Source of the DNA: Candidatus Moranbacteria bacterium UBA2282 | Lineage (GTDB): Bacteria > Patescibacteriota > Minisyncoccia > Moranbacterales > UBA2206 | Length of the DNA stretch: 64,000 nt | Assembly (NCBI GenBank): GCA_002345745.1 | Contig: DDWQ01000005.1 | Location: forward strand, 3,707 to 67,706 | Direction: 5' to 3' | In this document: in pieces, positions 39,096-48,087 of the stretch | How positions within the stretch are numbered: position 1 is the stretch's first letter | How the letters are laid out: every line of letters starts with the position of its first letter | Position numbers and translations under genes: made by a program | The notes under the pieces: generated by a model | Seen by the model: the letters and a program-made list of their open reading frames with translations, nothing else | Told to the model about the DNA's origin: nothing | Database searches by the model: none

Positions 39096-39126
39096 GTAAA
39101 TAAAAAAATATGAAATAAGCCTGAAT

Positions 39127-39573
39127 ATGAGAAAAACAATAAAACAAGTTTTTGGGGAATATCTTGATGAACAAAAAAAGAAATTAGCGCCAAGGACATA
39201 TGAGTATTATGACGAAACTGTTTATTATCTGGAGCAGTGCCTAAACGGCTACGGCTATAATACCTTGGGCAAAGAAGATGCTAAAAAATTTGATGAAAAT
39301 TTTAAGAAGGGGATTGAATTCTGTGATACATTTGAGCCACAAATTCTAAGCAGTTCAAACTTTTTTGAATTTCTTGGATATTATTATCCAAAGAAAATAG
39401 CTTGCGGGCACGATCGGGCTAAAAAAATTTGCGGTGCCACCACAGCATTGTATAAGTGGATGGTAAAAAACAAGTACATACTCCAAGAAGAGGACGGTGA
39501 TGAGATCGAGTTGAAAGAGAGTGTCGATTATCTAAGGGAATCATTTGATGAAGGAATGGAAAAGTATGGATGA
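39127..39573 (+). CDS. Hypothetical protein
   Basis: 148-aa ORF between the membrane protein and the Type III mod gene. No motif recognised. Confidence 0.4.
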   Translation: MRKTIKQVFGEYLDEQKKKLAPRTYEYYDETVYYLEQCLNGYGYNTLGKEDAKKFDENFKKGIEFCDTFEPQILSSSNFFEFLGYYYPKKIACGHDRAKKICGATTALYKWMVKNKYILQEEDGDEIELKESVDYLRESFDEGMEKYG

Positions 39574-39618
39574 GGAAAATTCTGGCGAAGAGCGGTAAAT
39601 TGAAAAAGATCAAGTAAG

Positions 39619-41376
39619 ATGGTATCATATAGAAAGGTAATAAAGTTCTTATTTATGTCAGAAATCGAAAACGAAAAATACAAAGACTTATCAAGGGAGG
39701 ATCTCTTGAGAGTCATTGAAAAGTTGGACTCCCGTAAAAAATACGGGCTTATTTGGGATGAGGAAAAGGTAAAAGAGCAGTTTGAGAAAGATGCTGTGAA
39801 TGCCTTGCCGATTTTGAAGGAGATTAAGGGCAAAGAAATCGCAACTAGTCCAGATGAGCCAATAAACATTTTGATTGAGGGCGACAACTATCATGCTCTT
39901 TCTGTTTTGAATTTCACTCATCAAGGTAAAGTTGATGTGATTTATATTGACCCGCCGTATAATACTGGGAATAATGATTTTTCATATAATGACAACTATG
40001 TTGATCGAGAGGATGCATTTAGGCATAGTAAATGGTTGTCTTTTATGAATAAGAGATTGAAGCTTGCTAAGAATTTACTGAAAGATGACGGCACAATTTT
40101 TATGAGTATTGATGATAATGAATTTGCACAGCTGAAGCTTTTGTGTGACGAGATTTTTGGTGAAAAAAATTTCATCATTGATGCTATTTGGAATTCTAGA
40201 AAATCTGTGTCAAGTGATGCAATTGTTTCATTAAATCACAATCATACATTTATATATGCCAAAGATATTGAAGTTGTGAGAGACGCAGTTAGAAAAAGTA
40301 ATAAATTCAAACTTCCTGCTCAAGAGGAAAAATTTTCAAATTTCGATAACGATAAAAGAGGCGCATGGACAGCTGACCCATTTGAAGCCGCTGGAGTACG
40401 AAAAAATCTATCCTATGCAATAAAAAATCCAAAAACAAGTGAGATTTATTATCCTACGAAAGGTCGTCATTGGGCAGTGTTGGAAGAAGAGTATTTCAGA
40501 TTATTGAAAGATGATAAAATTGTATTTGGAAAAAATGGTAAAGGAAAGCCATCGCGAAAACGATTTTTGAGTGATGCGATGGAAAAAGGCATGACTCCAA
40601 AATCAATTTGGGATGATGTAGGCACAACTACAAACGGTACCAAAGAATTAGAATTAATCTTAGGCGAAAAAAAGTTTACCAATCCAAAGCCAGTTTCTCT
40701 TATTAAAAAAATCTTAAGTTTATCGACTGATAAAAATAGTATAGTCTTGGATTTTATGGCAGGATCTGGGACTACTGGGCATGCGGTTTTGGAATGTAAT
40801 AAAGAAGATGGTGGAAGAAGGCAGTTTATCTTATGCACCAATAATGAATTAAATGGAATTGGAACGGTTTTAGCCCAAGAGAATCCAAATGTAAATATCG
40901 AAAAATTTGGTATTTGTGAGCGAGCAACATTTCCTCGAATAAAAAATATCATACAAGGTTATAAAAATTCAAAAGGTGAGAAAACCGATGGACTTGGCAG
41001 CAATCTAAAATATTTCAAAACTGGTTTTGTAAAAAAGACAATCAATAGGGATGATATGAAAATAAAACTCACACGAGAATGCACGGAAATGCTTTGCATT
41101 CGTGAGGGAGTTTTTGATGAAAAGAAGAAGACTGACGACTATGCGATTTTTGAGCAAAAAGGTCGCATTATGGCAGTCTACTATTCCATCGAACGCAAAG
41201 GCTTGAAAGAATTGAAAAAAGAACTAGACAAAATGAAAGGCGAAAAAGTTCTATATTGCTTCACGCTGGATCCGCTCGGTTTGGATAAAAGTGATTTTAC
41301 TAGCTGGAAAGATACTCAGCTGGAACCGATTCCGCAAAAAATATTAGAAGTTTACGAAGAAATTTATGAATATTAA
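39619..41376 (+). CDS. mod: Type III restriction-modification system methyltransferase (Mod), N6-adenine class
   Basis: DPPY catalytic motif (VIYIDPPYNTGNNDFSYNDNY). AdoMet-binding region (DFMAGSGTTG) lies after the target-recognition domain. 11-bp overlap with the res gene. Confidence 0.8.
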   Translation: MVSYRKVIKFLFMSEIENEKYKDLSREDLLRVIEKLDSRKKYGLIWDEEKVKEQFEKDAVNALPILKEIKGKEIATSPDEPINILIEGDNYHALSVLNFTHQGKVDVIYIDPPYNTGNNDFSYNDNYVDREDAFRHSKWLSFMNKRLKLAKNLLKDDGTIFMSIDDNEFAQLKLLCDEIFGEKNFIIDAIWNSRKSVSSDAIVSLNHNHTFIYAKDIEVVRDAVRKSNKFKLPAQEEKFSNFDNDKRGAWTADPFEAAGVRKNLSYAIKNPKTSEIYYPTKGRHWAVLEEEYFRLLKDDKIVFGKNGKGKPSRKRFLSDAMEKGMTPKSIWDDVGTTTNGTKELELILGEKKFTNPKPVSLIKKILSLSTDKNSIVLDFMAGSGTTGHAVLECNKEDGGRRQFILCTNNELNGIGTVLAQENPNVNIEKFGICERATFPRIKNIIQGYKNSKGEKTDGLGSNLKYFKTGFVKKTINRDDMKIKLTRECTEMLCIREGVFDEKKKTDDYAIFEQKGRIMAVYYSIERKGLKELKKELDKMKGEKVLYCFTLDPLGLDKSDFTSWKDTQLEPIPQKILEVYEEIYEY

Positions 41377-43678
41377 TCTCAAAGAATATCAAGAAAAAGC
41401 TGTCGATCAACTCACTGACAAGGTGAAGGGTCTTTTGGAACGCGAAGGAGTTGGTGAGGTATGTGTTTTTCAGGCTCCGACTGGAAGCGGAAAGACTGTG
41501 ATGACTGCCAAATTCATTGAGGGACTTATCCGTGAAATGCCGAAAACAAATCTGTGTTTTGTTTGGGTTAGCATTGGCAAGGGCAATTTGCATTTGCAAA
41601 GCAAGCATAGTCTTGAGCGAATTTTTGGCGGATCGCCAAGAGTTTCTTCAATCGAGGAGGAATTTAATGGTGGACGCGAAAGAATCGTGCGAAATGAAGT
41701 CGTGGTTGCTAATTGGGAAAAATTGCGAACAAAGGATCGGGAATCTGGCGATTGGAAAAATGTTTTGATGAAAGACGGCGAGAAAATAAATTTCCGCGAA
41801 GTGTTAGCAAAAACCAGAGAACAAAGACAAATCATTTTGATTATCGATGAAAGCCATATTGGAGCAACAGCTGAACGGACTGGAGAGTTGCGAAAAGAAA
41901 TCAATGCAGATGTGATTATTGAAATGAGTGCCACGCCAACTATTACGCAAAATGTTTTTGAAATTGTGCGTGTCAATCCGTCCGAAGTGATTGATGAGGG
42001 AATGATCAAAAAAGAACTGATTATTAATGAGGGAATCAACAAAATTGAAAATGATGAGAAAGACTCGCAAGAAGTTGTTTTGGAAATGGCCTTTCAGAAA
42101 AGATTAGAGCTCAAAAAATTATTTGAAAAAGAGTGCGTGAATGTCAACCCGCTTGTACTTATTCAAATTCCAACGGCCGAAGCTGGCAAAGACAAGATTG
42201 AAGCCGTTCGAGAATTTCTTGGCAAAAGAAATATTGTTGAACGAAAGAATGGCAATGGAAATGGCAAGCTGGCTATCTGGCTCGCCGATCAAAAATCAGA
42301 ACAACTTGATTGGATTTCGGAGCCTGACAATGAAATTGAATTTTTAGTTTTTAAACAAGCGATTGATACTGGCTGGGATTGTCCGCGCGCTCACATTCTC
42401 GTGAAATTTCGAGAATCACACAGTGAAACTTTTGAAATTCAAACTGTTGGACGAATTTTGCGTATGCCTGAACAAAAGCACTATGAAAGTGAAGATTTGA
42501 ATCGTGGATATATTTATACAAATGTCCAAAGTATTTTGGTGAAAAAAGAGGAATATAATCCAAATATCATCAAGCACCTCAAGGGTAAAAGAATTGAGAG
42601 TTATGTTCCAGTGAAAGTCACTTCATACTTCAAACAGCGTGTTGATTATGGCGATATAACTTCCAGCTTCACGCCGACATTTGAAAAAGTCGCCAATGAA
42701 TATTTTGGCCTTGAAGGTGATCATGCCCTTTTTGCGGAGTGTCTTGCACTTGTTGAAAAGAAAGGTATATCTGTTGATGTGAAACATTATGAGCAAGAAA
42801 TTATTGCAGACACGAAATTAGATATGAAATCGTTTGATGAATTGCAAGGAAAAATTACACCGGAAACAATTAAACGATTGACTATCGCTGGCAATGATTT
42901 GGATAATATGTTCAAGCAGGTCATCAAAAGTAATTTGGGATCATTCCGAGGCGTGAAGCGTTCTGTTTCCCCGATAAAAACAGCTATCTATTGTTGGTTT
43001 AAAAAATATTTAGGTTCTGATAGTTGGAATGAGCCAAGCTTTTTGACTCAAAAAATATTTTTGCACAATGGTAACAAAGCAGTTTTTGAAAAAATATTAG
43101 CACAGGCTATTGAGGTATACCGAGAAGTGAAAGAAGATGAAGTTCGTGAGAAGGTCAAAGAAAGTGAAAAATATTATGATTTTGAATTGCCAAAAGAATT
43201 ATTTTTCAATGATCACACGGATGAACTAGTTGAAGTGAAGAATTACGCCTACGATAATTGCTATCTTGGCAAAGACCGCTCCGAGCCAGAAAAGCATTTT
43301 GAAAAATTTCTTGATACTAATGCAGACAAGATTTTGTGGTGGTGGAAGAATGGAGAAAATAGACAGGACTATTTTGGTGTGCGGTATGAATACAAGGGAG
43401 AAATTTTCACCTTCTATCCTGATTATCTTATCCAATTTAATGCTGGCAATCTAGGAATTCTGGAAGTTAAAGACTCGGGCGATCGCGATGGCAGTGGAAA
43501 AACCAAAGCCAAAGCGGAAGCCCTGCAAAAACATCTTGCAAGTCAAAAAAATGATAAACTTTTCGGCGGTGTTGTCATCGAAAGAAATGGCGATTGGTTG
43601 ATTAATTCCAATAATGTTTATACTTGGGATAAATGTGAGAATGGAAATTGGAGTGAGTGGAAAAATTTAGATTTGTAA
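41366..43678 (+). CDS. res: Type III restriction enzyme Res subunit (SF2 helicase plus PD-ExK endonuclease)
   Basis: Helicase motif I QAPTGSGKT, motif II IIDESH, and a C-terminal PD...EVK nuclease motif (FYPDYLIQFNAGNLGILEVKD). Confidence 0.8.
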   Translation: MNINLKEYQEKAVDQLTDKVKGLLEREGVGEVCVFQAPTGSGKTVMTAKFIEGLIREMPKTNLCFVWVSIGKGNLHLQSKHSLERIFGGSPRVSSIEEEFNGGRERIVRNEVVVANWEKLRTKDRESGDWKNVLMKDGEKINFREVLAKTREQRQIILIIDESHIGATAERTGELRKEINADVIIEMSATPTITQNVFEIVRVNPSEVIDEGMIKKELIINEGINKIENDEKDSQEVVLEMAFQKRLELKKLFEKECVNVNPLVLIQIPTAEAGKDKIEAVREFLGKRNIVERKNGNGNGKLAIWLADQKSEQLDWISEPDNEIEFLVFKQAIDTGWDCPRAHILVKFRESHSETFEIQTVGRILRMPEQKHYESEDLNRGYIYTNVQSILVKKEEYNPNIIKHLKGKRIESYVPVKVTSYFKQRVDYGDITSSFTPTFEKVANEYFGLEGDHALFAECLALVEKKGISVDVKHYEQEIIADTKLDMKSFDELQGKITPETIKRLTIAGNDLDNMFKQVIKSNLGSFRGVKRSVSPIKTAIYCWFKKYLGSDSWNEPSFLTQKIFLHNGNKAVFEKILAQAIEVYREVKEDEVREKVKESEKYYDFELPKELFFNDHTDELVEVKNYAYDNCYLGKDRSEPEKHFEKFLDTNADKILWWWKNGENRQDYFGVRYEYKGEIFTFYPDYLIQFNAGNLGILEVKDSGDRDGSGKTKAKAEALQKHLASQKNDKLFGGVVIERNGDWLINSNNVYTWDKCENGNWSEWKNLDL

Positions 43679-43684
43679 AAAATT

Positions 43685-43984
43685 ATGCAAACTGAAACAA
43701 AAGAGGAAATTTTAGAAAGGCGAAAAGAGCTTGAAAGCGAGATTTTGGAAATGCTTGAAGAAACCGAAAGTGATTTTGAATTACAAGATGTCAAAGATGC
43801 GATTTTCAACGAAGAAGAGCAGGATGATTTTATGCATGTTGTCGCTATGTTTGACCGTGGCGGTGATGCCTCAGAATTGAGTAATGCCTTGGAGATTGTG
43901 ACTGACGCTTGGAATTATTTTCCGCATAAAGTTCTGGGTGGAATTTCTCCCGCTGAACAAAAGCTGAAGTATGAGAAAAAATAA
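43685..43984 (+). CDS. Hypothetical acidic protein
   Basis: 99 aa, highly acidic, 7 bp downstream of res. Function unknown. Confidence 0.4.
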   Translation: MQTETKEEILERRKELESEILEMLEETESDFELQDVKDAIFNEEEQDDFMHVVAMFDRGGDASELSNALEIVTDAWNYFPHKVLGGISPAEQKLKYEKK

Positions 43985-44255
43985 AGCATATTTTAAATAA
44001 GCTAATTAAATTAATTCAAAACTATGCCAAAAAAATAAGCAAAAAAGTAGCCGTGACTAAAGAGCTTTCACAAAGCGAGTTGCAAAAACTGGCGCATGCG
44101 GGGACGAAGGAGGCGTGTGAAAATATTGGATAATTTGGCTAAAACAAGCATAAAAATAGATTGAATGTCATTTTTGACTACTCGTGCAATTGACAACCTT
44201 AATATGATAGTATAAACTAGATAAGTAACTAAAATAAGTTTTAAATAGTGGAATT

Positions 44256-44786
44256 ATGTTAACTATAAGATTTGCAAGAGTTGGTAAGAGAAATAAGGCT
44301 CAATTTAAAATAATGCTACAAGAGCACACAGTTGCTCCAGGTGGTCGCCATATTGAGATTTTGGGTAGTTATAACCCACATTCAAAAGAAGCTAATTTAA
44401 AGGACGACAGAATTAAATATTGGGTTTCTCAAGGAGCTCAACCATCAAATACCGTTCACAATTTATTGGTGAGAAAAGGTGTTATTGAGGGAGCAAAGAG
44501 AAAAGTTAAAGTTCCTGCCCGCAATGCTTCGCCTTCAGAAAGCACTGGGGAAAATTCAGGTCAAGTAGAAACTTTAAAAGAAAGTACTAACTCAGAGAAG
44601 CATAGCGAGGCAGGCGGGCCTGCTAAGAAAGTGGAAGAAAAAGTTGAAGAAGTGAAGGCAGTAGAGGGAGAAAAGACAGAAGAAGTGAAGACAGAAGAGA
44701 AAGTCGCAGTGGAAACTGCTCCAGTAGTTGAAACACCAGCAAAAACAGTAGAAGTCGCTCCAGTTGAGGAAGTTAAGGCAGTTTAA
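44256..44786 (+). CDS. rpsP: 30S ribosomal protein S16 with low-complexity C-terminal extension
   Basis: MLTIRFARVGKRNKAQFKIMLQEHTVAPGGRHIEILGSYNPH S16 core, plus a KVEE/VK-rich tail. Confidence 0.85.
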   Translation: MLTIRFARVGKRNKAQFKIMLQEHTVAPGGRHIEILGSYNPHSKEANLKDDRIKYWVSQGAQPSNTVHNLLVRKGVIEGAKRKVKVPARNASPSESTGENSGQVETLKESTNSEKHSEAGGPAKKVEEKVEEVKAVEGEKTEEVKTEEKVAVETAPVVETPAKTVEVAPVEEVKAV

Positions 44787-44799
44787 TTTTCAATATAGA

Positions 44800-44971
44800 A
44801 AAATAGAATATCCGTAGACAGCAGGCAATTTTGTATAAGCCCTGCCGAGGAGCAAAGAGTTTGCTTTCTGAGTCTGCGGTAAAACGCAGATTTTTAATAT
44901 ACTAATACTCGCGAATGTTAGAGCAAATGTATTCGAATAAATTTGCTTTATAATTAGCGACAATTTGCATT
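44800..44971 (+). promoter_or_regulatory. Possible L10-leader-like structured 5' UTR of rplJ-rplL
   Basis: Hairpins GCAAAGAGTTTGC and CTGCGGTAAAACGCAG upstream of rplJ. Shares TAATTAGCGACAATT with the secE upstream region. Confidence 0.25.
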
Positions 44972-45487
44972 ATGCAAACTAAAGAGCAAAAAGAAGTAAT
45001 TATAAAAGAGCTAACGGAGAAACTAAAAAATTCTAAAGCCGTAGTTTTTTCTGATTACAAAGGTTTGAACGTGAAGGATATGACTATACTTCGTCGAGAC
45101 TTGCGAGAAGCTGGAGTTGATTTGAAAGTTTTGAAAAAAACATTGATGAATGTTGCATTGAAAAATGCCGGCATTGAAATGGATGCTAAGAAGCTAGAAG
45201 GACAAGTCGCCATCGCAATTTCCAGTCGAGATGAAGTGGCAGCAGCAAAGATCATTGCCAAATTGGCAAAGTTTAATGAAAATTTGAAAATTGTCGGAGG
45301 AATTCTAGGGACAAAAGAATTGTCTATGGCAGAAGTTAATGCTTTAGCGAAACTTCCAAGCAAGGAAGAATTGTTATCCAAATTAGTTGGAACTCTCAAC
45401 GCTCCTGTTTCAGGATTTGTAAATGTTTTGGCTGGCAATGTACGCGGATTGGTAACAGTTTTGCAAGCTATTTCAGAAAAGAAATAA
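44972..45487 (+). CDS. rplJ: 50S ribosomal protein L10
   Basis: N-terminal KEQKEVIIKELTEKLKNSKAVVFSDYKGLNVKDMTILR L10 signature. Confidence 0.9.
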   Translation: MQTKEQKEVIIKELTEKLKNSKAVVFSDYKGLNVKDMTILRRDLREAGVDLKVLKKTLMNVALKNAGIEMDAKKLEGQVAIAISSRDEVAAAKIIAKLAKFNENLKIVGGILGTKELSMAEVNALAKLPSKEELLSKLVGTLNAPVSGFVNVLAGNVRGLVTVLQAISEKK

Positions 45488-45579
45488 TAAATTTAGTTAA
45501 GTAATTTTTTAAATAATAATTTAGGTTATAGTCGGTAGCTTATTAATAGACTACAAACTACAAACCACAAACTAATCAA

Positions 45580-45984
45580 ATGACTGAAGAAAAAAAAGAA
45601 GGAGTTGTCGTGCCAGAAAAATTCCAAAAGCTTGTTTCTGAAATTGAAACAATGAGTGTTTTGGATCTAAGTGAGTTGGTGAAAGTGTTGGAAGAAAAAT
45701 TTGGCGTTAGCGCTGCTGCTCCAATGATGATGGGTGTTGCTCCTACTGAGGAAGCTGCTGCTGTAGAAGAAAAATCTGAGTTTGATGTTGAAGTTACTGC
45801 TGCTGGTGCTTCAAAAATCAATGTAATTAAGGCTGTTCGTGAAATTACTGGTCTTGGACTCAAGGAAGCAAAAGACTTGGTTGATGCTGCTCCAAAAGTA
45901 ATTAAAGAAAAAGTAGCTAAGGCTGAGGCTGAAGTTATGCTAAAGAAATTACAAGAAGCTGGCGCAACTGCAGAATTGAAATAA
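45580..45984 (+). CDS. rplL: 50S ribosomal protein L7/L12
   Basis: Dimerisation N-terminus, Ala/Glu-rich hinge, C-terminal [24 protein letters not shown] signature. Confidence 0.95.
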   Translation: MTEEKKEGVVVPEKFQKLVSEIETMSVLDLSELVKVLEEKFGVSAAAPMMMGVAPTEEAAAVEEKSEFDVEVTAAGASKINVIKAVREITGLGLKEAKDLVDAAPKVIKEKVAKAEAEVMLKKLQEAGATAELK

Positions 45985-46016
45985 TAGACGCAGGCTGCAA
46001 AAATCGGCTATATTTT

Positions 46017-46049
46017 AAAAGATGACCCCCATATTTAATCGGGAGTCAT
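46017..46049 (+). terminator. Rho-independent terminator after rplL
   Basis: AAGATGACCCCC-ATATTTAATC-GGGAGTCATCTT hairpin followed by TTTTTTT. Confidence 0.65.
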
Positions 46050-46261
46050 CTTTTTTTATTTTTCTATTGACGTCTAAATAAAAAGGGAGTATTCTGAATT
46101 GGTGAGCATTAAACCTATTATGTAATAACTCACTGCTGCAATTTCCACATTTTGGTCAGATTCTCCAAAAATTATGCCACAAAATCTAAAAATTTCATTA
46201 CACAACTTATTACGCAACAGGTCTATTTTTAAAAAATAATAAATTTTAATTTTCTAAGACT

Positions 46262-48058
46262 TTGGTAAAGCCAGAGCTTTTGTTTTTTATGCAAGTAAAT
46301 ATAGAAAAAGTGAAAAAAATTCAATGGAGTAAAATTCTTCCTTTTATTGGTGATACTAAGACATATAATGTTTCTAAGTTTAAGGCGGATATCATGGCTG
46401 GTTTAACCGTGGCAGTAATAGAACTTCCTCAATCCATGGCTTATGCTATTATTGCTGGCGTGAACCCTAAATATGGATTATACGCCGCAATTTTCCCAGC
46501 TATCGTAGCAGCTCTTCTGGGTTCATCACGTTTTTTAGCCTCTGGTCCAACTAATGCTATTTCGATGGTAGTTTCTTCTTCGATGGCTTCGGCTGTTATT
46601 GCGGGAACTTTAGTGAGTACCTTACCTGAAGAACAGAAGATCGCCATTTTGTTTTTGTTGTCCTTTATGGTGGGGGCTATTCAGTTGCTGATGGGAGTTT
46701 TAAGATTTGGGAATTTCATCAATTTTGTTTCACATTCAGTGGTAGTAGGATTTACTACGGGAGCCGGAATTTTGATTGCTACCAATCAGTTGAAGAATTT
46801 AATCGGGGTTAAAATTAGTGGTCATCCGAATTTCGTAGAAGGTATAATGCATGTACTTAAAAAACTTCCGGACACCAATTGGTATGCGCTGGCTCTAGGC
46901 GTCTTCACTATGGTGTTCATTCTTTTTTCTCGAAAAGTGTCGAAAAAAATTCCTGGACCATTATTGGCGATGGTTATCTCAGCAATGTTTGTTTTTATTT
47001 TTGATTTGGGATCAAATGGAGTAGAAACTATTGCTAAAATTCCTCAATCTTTACCGCCTCTTTCTTCCTTTCCGCTAGATATGGCGAGTTTTAAAGCGAT
47101 GTTTCCTTCGGCCTTAGCTATTGCTATTTTGGGAATTGTGGAGGCTCTTTCGATTGTTAAATCGATTGCTAGTAAGAGCGGTGACAAAGTTAATGGTAAT
47201 CAAGAGTTTGTCGCTCAGGGGCTAGCTAATATGACAGCAGGTTTAACTTCTGGTATCCCTGGCTCAGGCTCTTTTACCCGTAGTGCGGTTAATTTTATGT
47301 CAGGAGCCCAAACTAGATTTTCCGTGGTTTTTTCTTGTCTATTTATTCTTCTTGTATTGTTAGTAGCAGCTCCATTAGCTAGATTTATCCCTACAGCTAG
47401 TTTGGCAGGAATTTTAATGATCATTGCTTATTCATTAATTAATAAACATGCTTTCGTGCTATCCTTCAAAGCAACCCATAGTGACAGAGCTGTGTTACTC
47501 GTGACAATGCTTGCTGCGTTATTCTTGGAACTAGAGCAGGCTGTGTATATTGGAGTTATTTTGTCTATTTTGTTATTTGTTAGAAAAATTTCTGTTCCGC
47601 AAATTTTTCAGGTATCCCCTGACCAGATGACGCACAAGCTTGTTTCGATGGAAAAATCTCTGGTTTGTTGTCCACAAATTTCTATTTTTCAAGTTGAAGG
47701 ATCTTTGTTTTTTGGGGCGATTGCCGAACTGGAAGATAAATTTTCTACTTATATCAAAAATGGTAGCAAGATTGTGATTGTGCGTTTGGCGCATGTGCAA
47801 TTAGTAGATGCTACGGGCATTCACGCGTTGGAATCTTTTTTGCGGGAGTGTGATGAAAAAAATATTACGATGATGTTTACCAATGTCAGACCAGCTGTGA
47901 TGAGAGTTTTTGCGCGATCTGGCATGTTAGATAAAGTAGGTAAAGAAAATTTCTTTGAACATACGAAGCAGGCTATTGAGGCGGCAGTAAAAAAAGTGAA
48001 TCAAATGAATAAATGCAAGGATTGTACTATCCGTTGTTTTGAAGAATGCGGGAAATAA
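46262..48058 (+). CDS. SulP-family anion (sulfate/bicarbonate) transporter with C-terminal STAS domain
   Basis: About 10-12 TM segments with SulP motifs (AGLTVAVIELPQSMAYAIIAGV, GPTNAISMVV). Cytoplasmic STAS-like region (IVIVRLAHVQLVDATGIHALESFL). Cys-rich tail. Confidence 0.8.
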   Translation: MVKPELLFFMQVNIEKVKKIQWSKILPFIGDTKTYNVSKFKADIMAGLTVAVIELPQSMAYAIIAGVNPKYGLYAAIFPAIVAALLGSSRFLASGPTNAISMVVSSSMASAVIAGTLVSTLPEEQKIAILFLLSFMVGAIQLLMGVLRFGNFINFVSHSVVVGFTTGAGILIATNQLKNLIGVKISGHPNFVEGIMHVLKKLPDTNWYALALGVFTMVFILFSRKVSKKIPGPLLAMVISAMFVFIFDLGSNGVETIAKIPQSLPPLSSFPLDMASFKAMFPSALAIAILGIVEALSIVKSIASKSGDKVNGNQEFVAQGLANMTAGLTSGIPGSGSFTRSAVNFMSGAQTRFSVVFSCLFILLVLLVAAPLARFIPTASLAGILMIIAYSLINKHAFVLSFKATHSDRAVLLVTMLAALFLELEQAVYIGVILSILLFVRKISVPQIFQVSPDQMTHKLVSMEKSLVCCPQISIFQVEGSLFFGAIAELEDKFSTYIKNGSKIVIVRLAHVQLVDATGIHALESFLRECDEKNITMMFTNVRPAVMRVFARSGMLDKVGKENFFEHTKQAIEAAVKKVNQMNKCKDCTIRCFEECGK

Positions 48059-48087
48059 CCAAAACCTTGCTATTGAAGTCTCGTCTC

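Noticed and set aside
61-39100. Region between the two cassette copies as a composite transposon or large mobile element
   Set aside because: The interval contains essential single-copy genes (rplKA, gatB, thrS, dnaE, rnc, smc). There are no transposase or integrase genes. The duplication is better viewed as dispersed paralogy.
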